Shown here: positions 40,601 to 50,624 of the stretch, in pieces
Position numbering within the stretch: position 1 is the first letter of the stretch
Layout of the letters: each line of letters starts with the position of its first letter
NCBI GenBank assembly: GCA_029260955.1
Contig: JAJDCF010000007.1
Location: forward strand, 1-62,212
Reading direction: 5' to 3'
From: Patescibacteria group bacterium
GTDB taxonomy: Bacteria; Patescibacteriota; Gracilibacteria; UM-FILTER-43-11
DNA length: 62,212 bases
Notes under the pieces: model-generated
What the model saw: the letters and a program-made list of their open reading frames with translations, nothing else
What the model was told of the DNA's origin: nothing
Databases searched by the model: none
Made by a program: the position numbers and the translations under genes

Positions 40601-43600
40601 CTGCTTCCTCCTTGTTGGTCAGGCTGGTGACCAAGGTTCCAAAGCTAATAGGCTGATCGTCAGCTGTTACTGCTGGTGTCTCCCCTTCATCATCAGCAGG
40701 GAGTAAAATAATCTTGGTGTCGGCTAATTGATTATTCTGTTTATTGCTGTCATAACCGCTAATCGTTCGTTCCAGCTCAATGCCATAACCGTAAATATCC
40801 GAATGGGCGGTTGGTTTCCAGGTAAAGGTAGATGCACCGTTTTCGGTGAATGTGGTCTGTAGCATATTCACTGCTTCCATTGGCTGTTCGCTGATGTGAA
40901 GCTGAGACGCAATCTCATCAAATTCATAGCGTTTTGGATTGCCGGTATCAGTGTTTTTATCGTCGTCAACAAGTGTTAGGTCACGTTTTAAGTAAAGTCC
41001 TGTTCCGTCACTGTAGGCCAGGTGGCCATTTGGCATAAAGAGCGTTTCTGAACTACCTATCAAGTCAATGTGTGGAATAACAGGGACTGGCTTCTTTGTA
41101 ATTGTGTCCGGTAGACAAACCGCGGCAGGGCATCCTCCACTCAAGCCTCCAGCTGGAGCTTCACCTTCTGATCCTGAAATCTGCCCTACAGTTCTTTCGA
41201 CACGCTCCTCTAATTTCATAAATGCTTTGCTGACTGGATTCTCATCGCTTTTAGCCAATGCCTTTGGTGGTAGGGCGCTGGTGAAAACTTTTATTTCATT
41301 ATTTTCTGGATTCAGTGTTGCCTCTGCTAACTCATATGGGAGTGCGCTTCTTGGTGGTTTTCCGGCAATGGCATTCAGGTCGGTTATGTGCTTTTGACCC
41401 ACTGCCTCTGCCATTAGTTGGTCACTGTGCTTTATGAGTTCTTGCTCCATTAATCTAAGCTTGTCCACTGTGGTTTTGCGCGGCAGCGGTTTGTAATCCG
41501 GTACACCAAATTTTTCTTTCAGCACCTTGTAATCCACCATCTCGTTTTCGTTTACCTCATCGATAGCCTCTGTCATTTTGGTTAGCAAAGACCGTATTTC
41601 ATGTCCTTGTGGAGTATTGAGAATTTGCTTTGCATATTCTTCTTCCGAAATCTGTGGACTTGTAACTGGTTGTGATTGAATTGGTGGCACTTGAGCAATT
41701 AGCTTATTCTCCTTTGGCAATTCAGGATTGATTGTGGCGCTAGCTTCTTTATCGTCACCAAAGTAGGCCTCTTTGTTGTTTTTACAATCTGGCCAAGCAT
41801 GTAAGCATATGCTTAGCCTTGTTAATACCGTTGGCCCAGCGACTAATGACTCATTAATCTTTTCAGCCACTAAATCAAGTATTTCTTGTAGTTCATCAGC
41901 CGGAGTACCTTCATCTATGTACTCAAATATCTTTGCCATTGGAGTTATCCAGCCAATCCAATCTGCATTTTCAGCAAACCATTTTTTTAATTTGTCTGCG
42001 GCTTCACCGCTCCACTTGTTAACGGTTTCGTTGGCACTATTTATGGCTTTGTAGTACTCCTCATAGCTCAGATCGCTTCCAATTTCATCAGCGAATGCCT
42101 GCCATTCACCTTCTTTATCTCTTAGCCATTTGTCAGCTTCTTCCAATTTCTTTCCGAGTGAGTCATCAATTGCTCCTTGCAGGGTTTGCACACATTCATC
42201 CGCTTCCCAATCGTACTCTATACATCCTTCGCTAATTGTATCCGCAATTTTTGCCATACCTTCCTCAACGTCATCGAGCAAAGCCTGAAAATCTTTTTCT
42301 ATGACTTCAATATATTCAGAGTAAGCCTTGTTCATGGCAATTGGTATTTCTGCTATCCATCCATTCCAGTCTTCAGATAGCTTTTCCAACGGTTTGGATG
42401 CTACGTTTAGCCTCAGTCCCAAATAGACTATGGTTTCTATTCTCAGTTCGTTAAAGCCAATGTCGAACAAGGCTATATCGGGCAGTTGAATTTTCAAAAG
42501 ATCCAGTGGAATCAGGTATGCCGGTCTATTAGTCAGCAAGGTAATTTGATCGTTTAACATTTGCTCGGGGACAGGTGCGAAGGATTTTTTCATGATGCAC
42601 CAAATCTCCAGAACTTTTTCGATAATTGGAATAATGGCTTCAAAAGCTTGCGCTACATCTGGCAATTTTGGTGGAACTGGCAGGGTTGGTAAATCAATGG
42701 TTGGAATTGGCGGAAGCGGTGGTAAATCAGGTAGCTCAGGTAGTCTTGGAAGAATTGGAAGTGGTGGCAGTGTTAGCAAAATGCTGATGCTTGGCAAGTC
42801 CGGTAGGGTTATGTATGGCAAAGGCGGAAGTGGAATAGGCTTTGTCCGAATATTGAGTACTGGCAGTTCAATATCTATGAGTGCGTCCATGTTCGACATA
42901 TCTAGTACTATGTCTGGTATCTTTGGGAACTGAATTATGGGAATTTCCGGCAGCACGATTCCGAGCAACATCCACCAGCCAAAATTCGCGTAACGTTCAT
43001 TTGTGCATATGTCACAGTTGGCATCAAAATTGGTGAACAAATCAAACAACTCTTCAATATTATCTATGATTGCAACGATGGTCAGAATGAGCTCTGCCCA
43101 CGAGACCATTTGTTGTTGAATGGTGGCCATCCATCCACCCATCATTTGGGCAACCACATCTAAATGACAAGCGACTTGCCTGATGTAATCAGCTAGTTGT
43201 TGTTTGAATTTAACTAGCTGTTTGGGGAATGCCAAGTATGACTGAAGTACTTCAATATTCTCTTTTACGCTGTTGATCAGTGGGTCAAGATTTAGACCAA
43301 AGGCATCTGCCAAATGCCTACCCACGCATTCTGCACTGTTTTCTGACAGGCTGCCACCGTCCACTACGTCGGGTTTATCGTCACAGGTGAGCGCTTCCCA
43401 TTTGTCTTTCACACGGGCATATTCTCGCTCGTAATAAACAACCCAGTTTTGAGCCTCCATTATCCAAGCCTGAATTTCGGCGGCGGATAACCACGGAATG
43501 TCGAATTGAATTGGCTTTTCTGTAAGTCTGACAAGTGGCAAGGTGCTGGCTACATCGTACAAGCCTTCTAGAGCGTTCAGGTTGTAGATTGATGCCTGAG

Positions 43601-46600
43601 TTTCTATAGCATCAACGTATTGAAGGACTTTGCTGCCGCTCACGTCTTGCATTCCACTCTTAATATTCTGTATCACTGTTTTACTGCTTGAAGTATTCGA
43701 TTCGTCTTTACTCTGACTGATTTTATCAATGGCATTTAGCGTTTCCGACATTGAGCCTGACATCGTATTTTTCCAACTTTCAAATTCTTTTTCAGTCTTT
43801 TGAAAGTCTGATGTGAAGAGTGATTTTACGTCTGGTAGGAAGATGCTAAACGTGGGCAAGGTCAGTAGCTTGTTCTTGATTTCCATTGTTTGTCTGTCGA
43901 ACCAACCCGAAATCACGCCGCCAATAGAGTCAAATGTTGGAATATGAGTATTTGAGAAGGCTTTGGCAGGGGGGTCGAATTTCATGGATTCTCCCAAGTT
44001 CACTGCAAGACTGATTTCTAGCCCGCCTGCACCCTGGTCGGGGCCGCCCTGTTCAATGCTACCGGGTATGTTGGGATTGTTATTAATGTCGTTGACTGTG
44101 GAATTGACTTTGTTGATTCCGGAACTGATTAAATCCATCAGCGGAATAAAGACTTCATCTCGAAGGGTGGAACATGCACCGGCAAATAGGTCATCTACTG
44201 GTAAGGCGGTTACCATGCAATTTCCCACTGGAGGTGGATACGGAATAGGCCACACAGGTGGCGGTACAGCTGGAGCTTGTGGATACGGCCCCCAACACAT
44301 TGCTATGCCTATTCCTCCTGTTAAAGTGGGTGAAAGATACAGGCGAATTGCGGACATTATTGGCCCTGGAATGCTGGCAGCACCAATGGGTGTTATGGCA
44401 TGAAACACATCGAAAAATGGCATTGGTCCAATTGGAGTTGGCAGAGTAGTGGGAAAGGCAAAAATTGGCATTGCAAAATCAGGTGGCACTAGGAATGCCC
44501 TATTGAATGGCATGGGGAAACACCCACCACCCATACACGAGAAGTCAGCAATGGCTTCTCCAATGTCATCCAGTACTTCCTCTGCACAACCGACACTGGT
44601 GATATCATCACCGAAGTTGCTAACATCCTCAAAACAGTCGTTATTGCCCGTTATTTCATCAAGGACATCCCCATAGCTGGCACCAATCTTGGGTTCTGGT
44701 GGTGGGAAATCTTTACTAAAATTCCCGCCTGAATGAGCCTTCATTTGATTCATCAAATCTCCAAAATCATTCAGTGCATCGCTTGATTCAGGTGGCTCAG
44801 GGTCATTGCTTTCGGTGGTTGCGTAGCTCCTTGGTCCAGTCGTATAGTGCAGCAGTAGCTTCCCGGTGTTGTTGTAAGGTGGGGACGCCAGAATGTCCAA
44901 ATATTCATCAATGATTGAGTTTGGATTTGGTAGATTTTCATTTGGTTCATTGATTCTTTGAAGCAGTACATCAGCTTCTGGCGTGTGCGCAACAAAAACG
45001 TCGTAACTAATTATGGTTGTTTGGCCGGCACTTAAATTAAGTCCGCTAAAGAAGGCTTTAATAGAATTCTTTTTGGCTTCCATGCTTTGGCATCCTCCTT
45101 GTAAACAAGTAACGCTGTTTTTGTCGAAAGCCAAAGAGTCTGGCACTGTGTCGGCAATGATTACATTGTTTAGATTCGCTCCCGAGTTAATTGTAATGGT
45201 GTATGTTAGGGTTTCCTCCAAATCCACATTCTCGGAATCCGGGCGATCTTTGTTGCTCACTTTTTTGCTCACGCTCAGTGAGCCGACGGACTCAATTGGA
45301 GCAAAATATGTTTCGGTTTCATCACCTTCTGGCCATGGTAGCTTGGGTACTCCTCCACTGTTTTGCGCTGCAGCGACGGGATTTTCGGCTGCTGCCTTGG
45401 TGGCATCTGTTTGCCCTTGTATGAAGGGTAGTGTTAAGAAATCGGGAACATTTCCACCAATTTCATAGCCTTCCAAAGGTGGTTTGCCACCAGGTGGTAC
45501 GACTTCATTTCCGGGTTCCTGACCAGGTTCGCTAGGTTCAGACATGCCGGTATAGCGAATATCAAGGTCGGTGTTTAAGTTGGCATCCAGCTTTAGGCTG
45601 TATCCGTAGTTGGCTATCCATTTTCCATTTTCCGGGAATTTTCCTTTTGCTGGGTCGTAGTAAAAAATATAAATATCTCCGCGACTATCCAGAATCACTA
45701 AATCTCCGTAGCCATCCTGGTCCATGTCGCCCTTCAGAATCTTGTACATCTTTTTGCCGATGTTCAGCTTGTGATCACTTCGCGTGATCACTTCTTTATC
45801 ATTGTGCAAAATCGCCAATCTGCCTGCATCTGTAGCGACCAGCAGATCTTCGTAGTTGTCTTTATCAAAGTCAAAAGATTCCAGTGCTACGCCTCCATCT
45901 ACCAAGAATGCGATGTTTCCTTTGTCCTTATAGGGCGGCTCTGTGGCACCACCTTCCAGTAGTCTCACGCGCCCATCTTCGGTAAGTAGTGCGATATCTT
46001 GATTGCCATCGTTGTTAAAATTGAAATGATTGATCGAAGCAATTTGCTTACTCTCCGCGTCTTCGTAAATCTGTTGACCGGTGGCTCTGTTGTAATTTAG
46101 GCTCGATGTGCTTTTGGTTTTTAGTTTGATTGTTGGGTCGCCCAGCAAAATGGCATTGGCCGGCATATTGAACTTAACTGCATCACCTGCATTCGTTCCG
46201 CTGGCAAAGAGTGACAAGTATTTCTGTTTATCTTCAAGGCCGTAAAATTCATTCCGAATCACCTCTGGCACCTCTGCGTTTTGAGCGAAGAAGGTTAACC
46301 CAGTTGGGTCATTCGTGCTGGTGCCACCATAGGTTGTGTTCCACTTTAGGCCAGGATTTATATCACCAAAATCTCCTGGTTCAATTGTCTCAGGATTCAG
46401 ACTTATCAGTACTCTTGCCGGAGTCACTAGGCCATTTGTTAATTTCAGTTCAATAACGTTGTATTCAGGTTGAGATTCATATTCCCACGTGAAATTACTG
46501 TCGTTAATGTAGGCGCCATTTGGTTGCAGGTTGGCAATGACTTCATTGTAAAGATTCCTTATTTGCAGTCCATTATTGTTCTTCAGAGTCACATAGTCAG

Positions 46601-49600
46601 TATCCAAAATATCCACGTACATCTTGCCAATTTCAGGTGGGGTGTTCTCGTATTTTTCAACAGCATCAAAATTCAAGGCCACTTTTTTACTGATCAAAGT
46701 CTGCATGGTTTTTTGATCGAAGGCCTGTAGCAATAGTTCATTATTTGGGAATTCCACATAAACGATTTGGCTTTGTCCCGTGGTGGTGATCAGATGATTA
46801 GGAGCAATGCTCACTGTTGTTTCTGGGGTTGGTGCACTCAAGAATGAGTAAACTGCTTCAGTTTTTCCTCCAAAAAGATGAGTGCCACCAAAGTAGTTTT
46901 CTTGGGTAAAGTCACCTGCCGGGAATCCAACAAAAGACGCAAACAAGTTTTGTGGGTAGGTTTTTTCCCAGTCGGCTGAATCCACTCTGGCTAGCAGTGG
47001 TATATCCACTTGTGCCCCTCTCAGGTCATCATGAGTGGCAATTAGTTTTATGTCGGCGGTTTCTTTTCCACCCTTAATTATTGCAGTTCCAACTCCTTTG
47101 ATCATGACGACATATGGACTGACCAAGCTTGCAAACTCCGCAGATTTTTCATCGAGTTGAACGCTTATAGTTCCGTTGAAATCTTCTCCCGGAAAACCAA
47201 AATTGTCGGCTGCAAGCACTTCCATTTCTACTTCTTTTCCAATGGGAATGTATGGTGGGGCCCTCAAGATTATTTGAGTAGCGGCAGCGCCTGTTGGATG
47301 AATCACAAATGGTTCTCCGGTAATACCAGGAGTTTTGTCTTTGCTAATCAGTGTTATAGTTTTTTTGCCTGGTGTTGGAATGAATTTGATTGTACCTTTT
47401 CCGTTCAATAGCTTTACTTGTCCGCCATTTTCAAATCCACCATCGGCTGGCTGCTCTGGACCAATTGCAAGGGTATCGTTGATATTAGTTATGTGGCTGC
47501 CGTCTGGTTTTTTTAAGGTTACCGAAATTGTGAATTCTGATCGCCCTGCTTTAATCTCTTCTGTCGCTCCCCATCCGATATCAACGCTGTCGTAAACATT
47601 AATAGTGATTTCACGATGTTTCTTATTTTCCGGCAGGCCATCCATGGTGATTTTCAGTTTGCTGGAGCCGGTTTTTTTGGCGGTGAATTTAATTTCTCTT
47701 TCGCCAGTGTAGATATAAACATCTTTGCCTTTGTTTGAGAATGTCCCCAGGCTTGGATCATCTAACACAAGTTTTATAGGCATGTCGATGTATCCGAGTA
47801 CAGGTTCACCTTTTTCGTTCAGGGCCGAGATTTTGATTAATTCCTCTTGTCCCGGAACCAAGCTTTTTCGTTTCATCTGCACATCAAAGGTAGCAGCAGT
47901 AGAGAGTATTTGATCAAAGATATCTTCTGACTCTTCTTCCTCTTCGGGTGGAAGAGGAGCTGCACTACAGCTGTTATCAAGTTTAAAAAGTTCTTCTGCT
48001 GGCAAAATTTCTTCTTCAATCCAACACTGAAGGGCCTCGAACCATTCCCAAATTTCTACACCGGCTGGGTCTCCACAAAGATAGTTACCATCTCCCTCTC
48101 CATCTCCAGTTCCATCTCCGCCATCATCATCAGCGTCGGGACCACCCGTCCCTGTCCCATCGCCATCACTCTCATCGCTGGCGGAACTAGGTGCCTGAGC
48201 TTGCATGGCTCTGTTAAGTCCAAATTGGTACCCTTGCGCATCACCGTCGGCCACAATATGCAGCACTTCGTACCCCTCTGGTTTGTTTTGTGGTGATTTT
48301 CTTGGGTTGTAAAATGGGGTTGGCATGACACTGTCTCTGTCTACATATTTGGGAATGATGTCAGCCAGTTTTTGGTCGATGCTGGCAGCTCTCCAGATGA
48401 CGGGCTCGATGATTTCGGCATTATCAACAAAGAAATCCTCAAAAAGATTGCTTTGTGCAGTTGTTTTTGTGTTGAGTTCTTGCTGTTTTTTAGCTATTTG
48501 ACTGAGCAAGTTCTTAGTTATTTCCTCTTGATTGTCCCCATCTACTCTAAAAAGATTTAGGTATTCAAAGGCTTGCTTTAGCCCATTTTTAGCAAAAGAA
48601 ATATATCTAATTCCGTCAGCAGGAATGCTTGGGGTGGTGAGTTGCGGGAATTTAACTTGTCCAGTTAGGGGGTCCATCCGTGGTTCTCCAATATGTTTGA
48701 TGGCTTTGATGGTTTCGTTCGTTGGTTCAACGTGAGCGTAAAGTGTGTCGATGTTCTTTTTTTCAGTCGTTACGCTTATATCAATTTCCACCGATGGTAT
48801 AGGTGAATAGCTAAGTTCTTGTCCGCTAGCAATCAATCTTTGTACCACAAAAGATCCCTTCGTAATTGGGTCGGCATTGGGAAAATTTCCATGTAAATCC
48901 TCATACGCCTCATCGATTACTTCGGTGAGGGTGGTGTCTAGGCTTATTGGCACTACCAGTCCTGAGGCGGCTACAGAAAAGTACTGAAGTATGTTCGGCA
49001 ATCTAAAAGTCATTTTCTGAATGTCGCATCGGCCTGCTAAATCTACCGCGTCTTCCGCTTGTGCTTCTATGGAACCGAGAATGTCGTAAATAGATCCGGC
49101 TGCCAATGTTGGCTGACACTTGTTTGGACTGCTACCAGTTTCCTCTATCGTCATACTGTTGTTAAAAACACAGCCTGCATATTTTTTGTACGTTTCTGAC
49201 TCTGCTAATTCCCATTCATCATCGTCATCCGGTGGTGTCAAAAGAGTATCCGGATTGTACATGCGGTTGGCATTGACCATCACGGAATTATTTTCTAAAA
49301 CGGATTGTCCTTCCTGCCTTTGCTGCCCAACTTTTATGCCACATTGTGGAGAAACCAAGATATCACTGGCCTTTTGACCATCAAAATAGCCGTCAAAATC
49401 AAATGTATTACTGTCTATCTCAATTCCCAAAATACTCATTTCTACTTTTAGCTTGGCTTTGGTGAATATATTTTCTTGTCTTGCTCCAAAGCTGACATTA
49501 TTCTGGATGAACTCATCAGTTTCCTTTTCCAAAATCAATTGCTTACGTTTGATCTGATATTTGCCGTATTCGTCGCGCATGGTAATAAGAGATTCGGGAG

Positions 49601-50624
49601 AATCCACTTCGGCAGGGCTCCAGCGCCCAGTTCTTTCAATGCTTTCGTTAATGCCGCTTCTATAAATTTTGAGGGCTTCGGCAAAGTTGTAGGCGTATTT
49701 CTTGAATATATTCTCAGTATGAACATCAAACATGTTGTCGATGGTGCTATCATCCATAATTGGACTGTCGGGACTTCCCAAGTCTGTACTCACATCTTTC
49801 ACCATTTCTTTGAGCAGATGTTTGTTGAAACGATTCATGACTAACTCCTCCATGTATTTTATATAGCGACCGTAATTACTGTAATCGATGTAATTCATCT
49901 GTTTTTCCATTTCTGGAAAGTTGGCGTACAGCATTCGTTTCTCAAAATCAGCAAATATCGGATTGCCTGTACTGAATTCATAATTCTTATCAAAATAGGC
50001 TATTAATTCTTGTTTAGCGGTGCTTGGGTCCTTACTTGGTGGCACAATTAGGCCATGCCAAACTTCGGGTGTTGGTGCACTAACGTCTGCATTTGCTTCA
50101 AACTGACCTGTTTCATGATTGTAAATATATGCTTTCCGGTAAAAATCAGTGTAGGGGTAAATACTTGGAGCCGTCATTCCATCATCTTCGTGTACGACTG
50201 GAATTGGCACATCCCCGATTAGCACCACACCAAGTAATTGATTGTTATCCTCCTTTTTGGAGTTATTGTTGAGCGGGTTGCCGTCAATTTGATCAGTATC
50301 TATGCCTTCGAAATAGAGTTTTTCCAGCATGCTGGCAATTCGGAAGGTGGATTCGTTTTTGTCGACCTCCAAAACAAAAGACTTGGAATGAGGTGTCCTT
50401 TTTTGTGCGCTGTTCGCGTAAGTCATGATCCTTCCTCGCATGTCAAAATCATCCATCAATCCGTCTTCGACAAGAATGGCTATAAGGCCTAATTTGTTCA
50501 GATCTTCATTTTCGGCTGGATTTATGGTCTGTACAGGTATTTGCACATCCTCAATTTCGGCTTGTGCAAGTGCTTTTTGTACGACAAAATCCTGAAATGG
50601 CAAATAGTCTAGGTAATTTCCCAA
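37662..50624 (-). CDS. Giant (>=4320 aa) surface protein: C25-like elements, Ig-like domains, FG-GAP repeats, DUF11, Pro/Cys-rich helical core, SLH x3, TSP3 repeats; true start upstream of 50624
   Basis: FNNDGNQDIA/FDKDNYEDLL/MDQDGYGDLV; LTYTITI..DTVPDSL; FPDV..GYGDGSFKPDQKLTRAEF; DTDGDGKKDVCDLDIDNDG. Confidence 0.9.
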   Translation of the reverse strand: MGNYLDYLPFQDFVVQKALAQAEIEDVQIPVQTINPAENEDLNKLGLIAILVEDGLMDDFDMRGRIMTYANSAQKRTPHSKSFVLEVDKNESTFRIASMLEKLYFEGIDTDQIDGNPLNNNSKKEDNNQLLGVVLIGDVPIPVVHEDDGMTAPSIYPYTDFYRKAYIYNHETGQFEANADVSAPTPEVWHGLIVPPSKDPSTAKQELIAYFDKNYEFSTGNPIFADFEKRMLYANFPEMEKQMNYIDYSNYGRYIKYMEELVMNRFNKHLLKEMVKDVSTDLGSPDSPIMDDSTIDNMFDVHTENIFKKYAYNFAEALKIYRSGINESIERTGRWSPAEVDSPESLITMRDEYGKYQIKRKQLILEKETDEFIQNNVSFGARQENIFTKAKLKVEMSILGIEIDSNTFDFDGYFDGQKASDILVSPQCGIKVGQQRQEGQSVLENNSVMVNANRMYNPDTLLTPPDDDDEWELAESETYKKYAGCVFNNSMTIEETGSSPNKCQPTLAAGSIYDILGSIEAQAEDAVDLAGRCDIQKMTFRLPNILQYFSVAASGLVVPISLDTTLTEVIDEAYEDLHGNFPNADPITKGSFVVQRLIASGQELSYSPIPSVEIDISVTTEKKNIDTLYAHVEPTNETIKAIKHIGEPRMDPLTGQVKFPQLTTPSIPADGIRYISFAKNGLKQAFEYLNLFRVDGDNQEEITKNLLSQIAKKQQELNTKTTAQSNLFEDFFVDNAEIIEPVIWRAASIDQKLADIIPKYVDRDSVMPTPFYNPRKSPQNKPEGYEVLHIVADGDAQGYQFGLNRAMQAQAPSSASDESDGDGTGTGGPDADDDGGDGTGDGEGDGNYLCGDPAGVEIWEWFEALQCWIEEEILPAEELFKLDNSCSAAPLPPEEEEESEDIFDQILSTAATFDVQMKRKSLVPGQEELIKISALNEKGEPVLGYIDMPIKLVLDDPSLGTFSNKGKDVYIYTGEREIKFTAKKTGSSKLKITMDGLPENKKHREITINVYDSVDIGWGATEEIKAGRSEFTISVTLKKPDGSHITNINDTLAIGPEQPADGGFENGGQVKLLNGKGTIKFIPTPGKKTITLISKDKTPGITGEPFVIHPTGAAATQIILRAPPYIPIGKEVEMEVLAADNFGFPGEDFNGTISVQLDEKSAEFASLVSPYVVMIKGVGTAIIKGGKETADIKLIATHDDLRGAQVDIPLLARVDSADWEKTYPQNLFASFVGFPAGDFTQENYFGGTHLFGGKTEAVYSFLSAPTPETTVSIAPNHLITTTGQSQIVYVEFPNNELLLQAFDQKTMQTLISKKVALNFDAVEKYENTPPEIGKMYVDILDTDYVTLKNNNGLQIRNLYNEVIANLQPNGAYINDSNFTWEYESQPEYNVIELKLTNGLVTPARVLISLNPETIEPGDFGDINPGLKWNTTYGGTSTNDPTGLTFFAQNAEVPEVIRNEFYGLEDKQKYLSLFASGTNAGDAVKFNMPANAILLGDPTIKLKTKSTSSLNYNRATGQQIYEDAESKQIASINHFNFNNDGNQDIALLTEDGRVRLLEGGATEPPYKDKGNIAFLVDGGVALESFDFDKDNYEDLLVATDAGRLAILHNDKEVITRSDHKLNIGKKMYKILKGDMDQDGYGDLVILDSRGDIYIFYYDPAKGKFPENGKWIANYGYSLKLDANLNTDLDIRYTGMSEPSEPGQEPGNEVVPPGGKPPLEGYEIGGNVPDFLTLPFIQGQTDATKAAAENPVAAAQNSGGVPKLPWPEGDETETYFAPIESVGSLSVSKKVSNKDRPDSENVDLEETLTYTITINSGANLNNVIIADTVPDSLAFDKNSVTCLQGGCQSMEAKKNSIKAFFSGLNLSAGQTTIISYDVFVAHTPEADVLLQRINEPNENLPNPNSIIDEYLDILASPPYNNTGKLLLHYTTGPRSYATTESNDPEPPESSDALNDFGDLMNQMKAHSGGNFSKDFPPPEPKIGASYGDVLDEITGNNDCFEDVSNFGDDITSVGCAEEVLDDIGEAIADFSCMGGGCFPMPFNRAFLVPPDFAMPIFAFPTTLPTPIGPMPFFDVFHAITPIGAASIPGPIMSAIRLYLSPTLTGGIGIAMCWGPYPQAPAVPPPVWPIPYPPPVGNCMVTALPVDDLFAGACSTLRDEVFIPLMDLISSGINKVNSTVNDINNNPNIPGSIEQGGPDQGAGGLEISLAVNLGESMKFDPPAKAFSNTHIPTFDSIGGVISGWFDRQTMEIKNKLLTLPTFSIFLPDVKSLFTSDFQKTEKEFESWKNTMSGSMSETLNAIDKISQSKDESNTSSSKTVIQNIKSGMQDVSGSKVLQYVDAIETQASIYNLNALEGLYDVASTLPLVRLTEKPIQFDIPWLSAAEIQAWIMEAQNWVVYYEREYARVKDKWEALTCDDKPDVVDGGSLSENSAECVGRHLADAFGLNLDPLINSVKENIEVLQSYLAFPKQLVKFKQQLADYIRQVACHLDVVAQMMGGWMATIQQQMVSWAELILTIVAIIDNIEELFDLFTNFDANCDICTNERYANFGWWMLLGIVLPEIPIIQFPKIPDIVLDMSNMDALIDIELPVLNIRTKPIPLPPLPYITLPDLPSISILLTLPPLPILPRLPELPDLPPLPPIPTIDLPTLPVPPKLPDVAQAFEAIIPIIEKVLEIWCIMKKSFAPVPEQMLNDQITLLTNRPAYLIPLDLLKIQLPDIALFDIGFNELRIETIVYLGLRLNVASKPLEKLSEDWNGWIAEIPIAMNKAYSEYIEVIEKDFQALLDDVEEGMAKIADTISEGCIEYDWEADECVQTLQGAIDDSLGKKLEEADKWLRDKEGEWQAFADEIGSDLSYEEYYKAINSANETVNKWSGEAADKLKKWFAENADWIGWITPMAKIFEYIDEGTPADELQEILDLVAEKINESLVAGPTVLTRLSICLHAWPDCKNNKEAYFGDDKEASATINPELPKENKLIAQVPPIQSQPVTSPQISEEEYAKQILNTPQGHEIRSLLTKMTEAIDEVNENEMVDYKVLKEKFGVPDYKPLPRKTTVDKLRLMEQELIKHSDQLMAEAVGQKHITDLNAIAGKPPRSALPYELAEATLNPENNEIKVFTSALPPKALAKSDENPVSKAFMKLEERVERTVGQISGSEGEAPAGGLSGGCPAAVCLPDTITKKPVPVIPHIDLIGSSETLFMPNGHLAYSDGTGLYLKRDLTLVDDDKNTDTGNPKRYEFDEIASQLHISEQPMEAVNMLQTTFTENGASTFTWKPTAHSDIYGYGIELERTISGYDSNKQNNQLADTKIILLPADDEGETPAVTADDQPISFGTLVTSLTNKEEAAKKFGVSPRNIVTGVSEVRFPTVSNALINVSENKAVYFDQLTGSSYNMSMENGYYQIKMTWFDQYANIASYNQNEILAPQIYASSADPIDVSQTDTYYMPIFKDKEIRASEIFVDLAGDYNYYWFLNPETNTLTPEVGNTLNIAGQNEEKKFKVKLVATQNIEDNSFETFEKTFTVIVYIPTINLDPEQLGEGIIAGDMEPIQRAAGDDLSDIPFSVFRKRLGTWKNIGILRAEDTDKTATSPALDTEQHYFSVASDGSYNIEGFELLDPSPILLKDHEGNVVAEVEPDSGLINLNDPSFDIKAVPGGTEYPTHIAIIKRETEELLGNVYYIADTTNNVTIKDSSLTLSNVESSGVTVGDANASDDVVAAVIPVNGPSFPGGVAIFEDGAQENVALVDKDGTIRMMKAGYELRIKNKTSGDGKYIFQIVTSGGSPIYDIFIQANFDNLQVDNSTDMDSLNTQIGFLKPVDTAFAQSTPETSTEIDTTPVPGFQFEIEEPREVEGNPFPDVDESHPFFSQILELYKSRVISGYGDGSFKPDQKLTRAEFIKIALGVTNCVDCTTPNAAVKEKYTSNPFPDVSLPSWYFYCISIAKELGMITGYGDGFFRPERNISRAEAAAVLLRQSGIEIVEAPENAFVDVPEYAWYVDYVYTAVEIGLIQSNFGVVGPDVEITRGEFAFMAAGVKDLSECRIVDTDDDGVPDWWEMTHDMDIFTPDADRACPCYDSPWTLDTDGDGKKDVCDLDIDNDGVLNPLCIFTDTGEIDPKKLAEGVLTLGSPLDNCIFDPNEDQVDFDTNTIGNICEEEPILPIEPIELCECSDNPNMNDTDEDGIRDVCDDDIDSDGILNPICIFDESGLLDPSKLAVESAEGAEGVEIVEIDNCIFVANSDQVASACEATDLCPTIPEDIDGVDDEDGCPELNDNFPAKDPGVYVGPGELCGFVDFTTGFMAEDRFMTAITDLETHEILLSESTEVIFSK

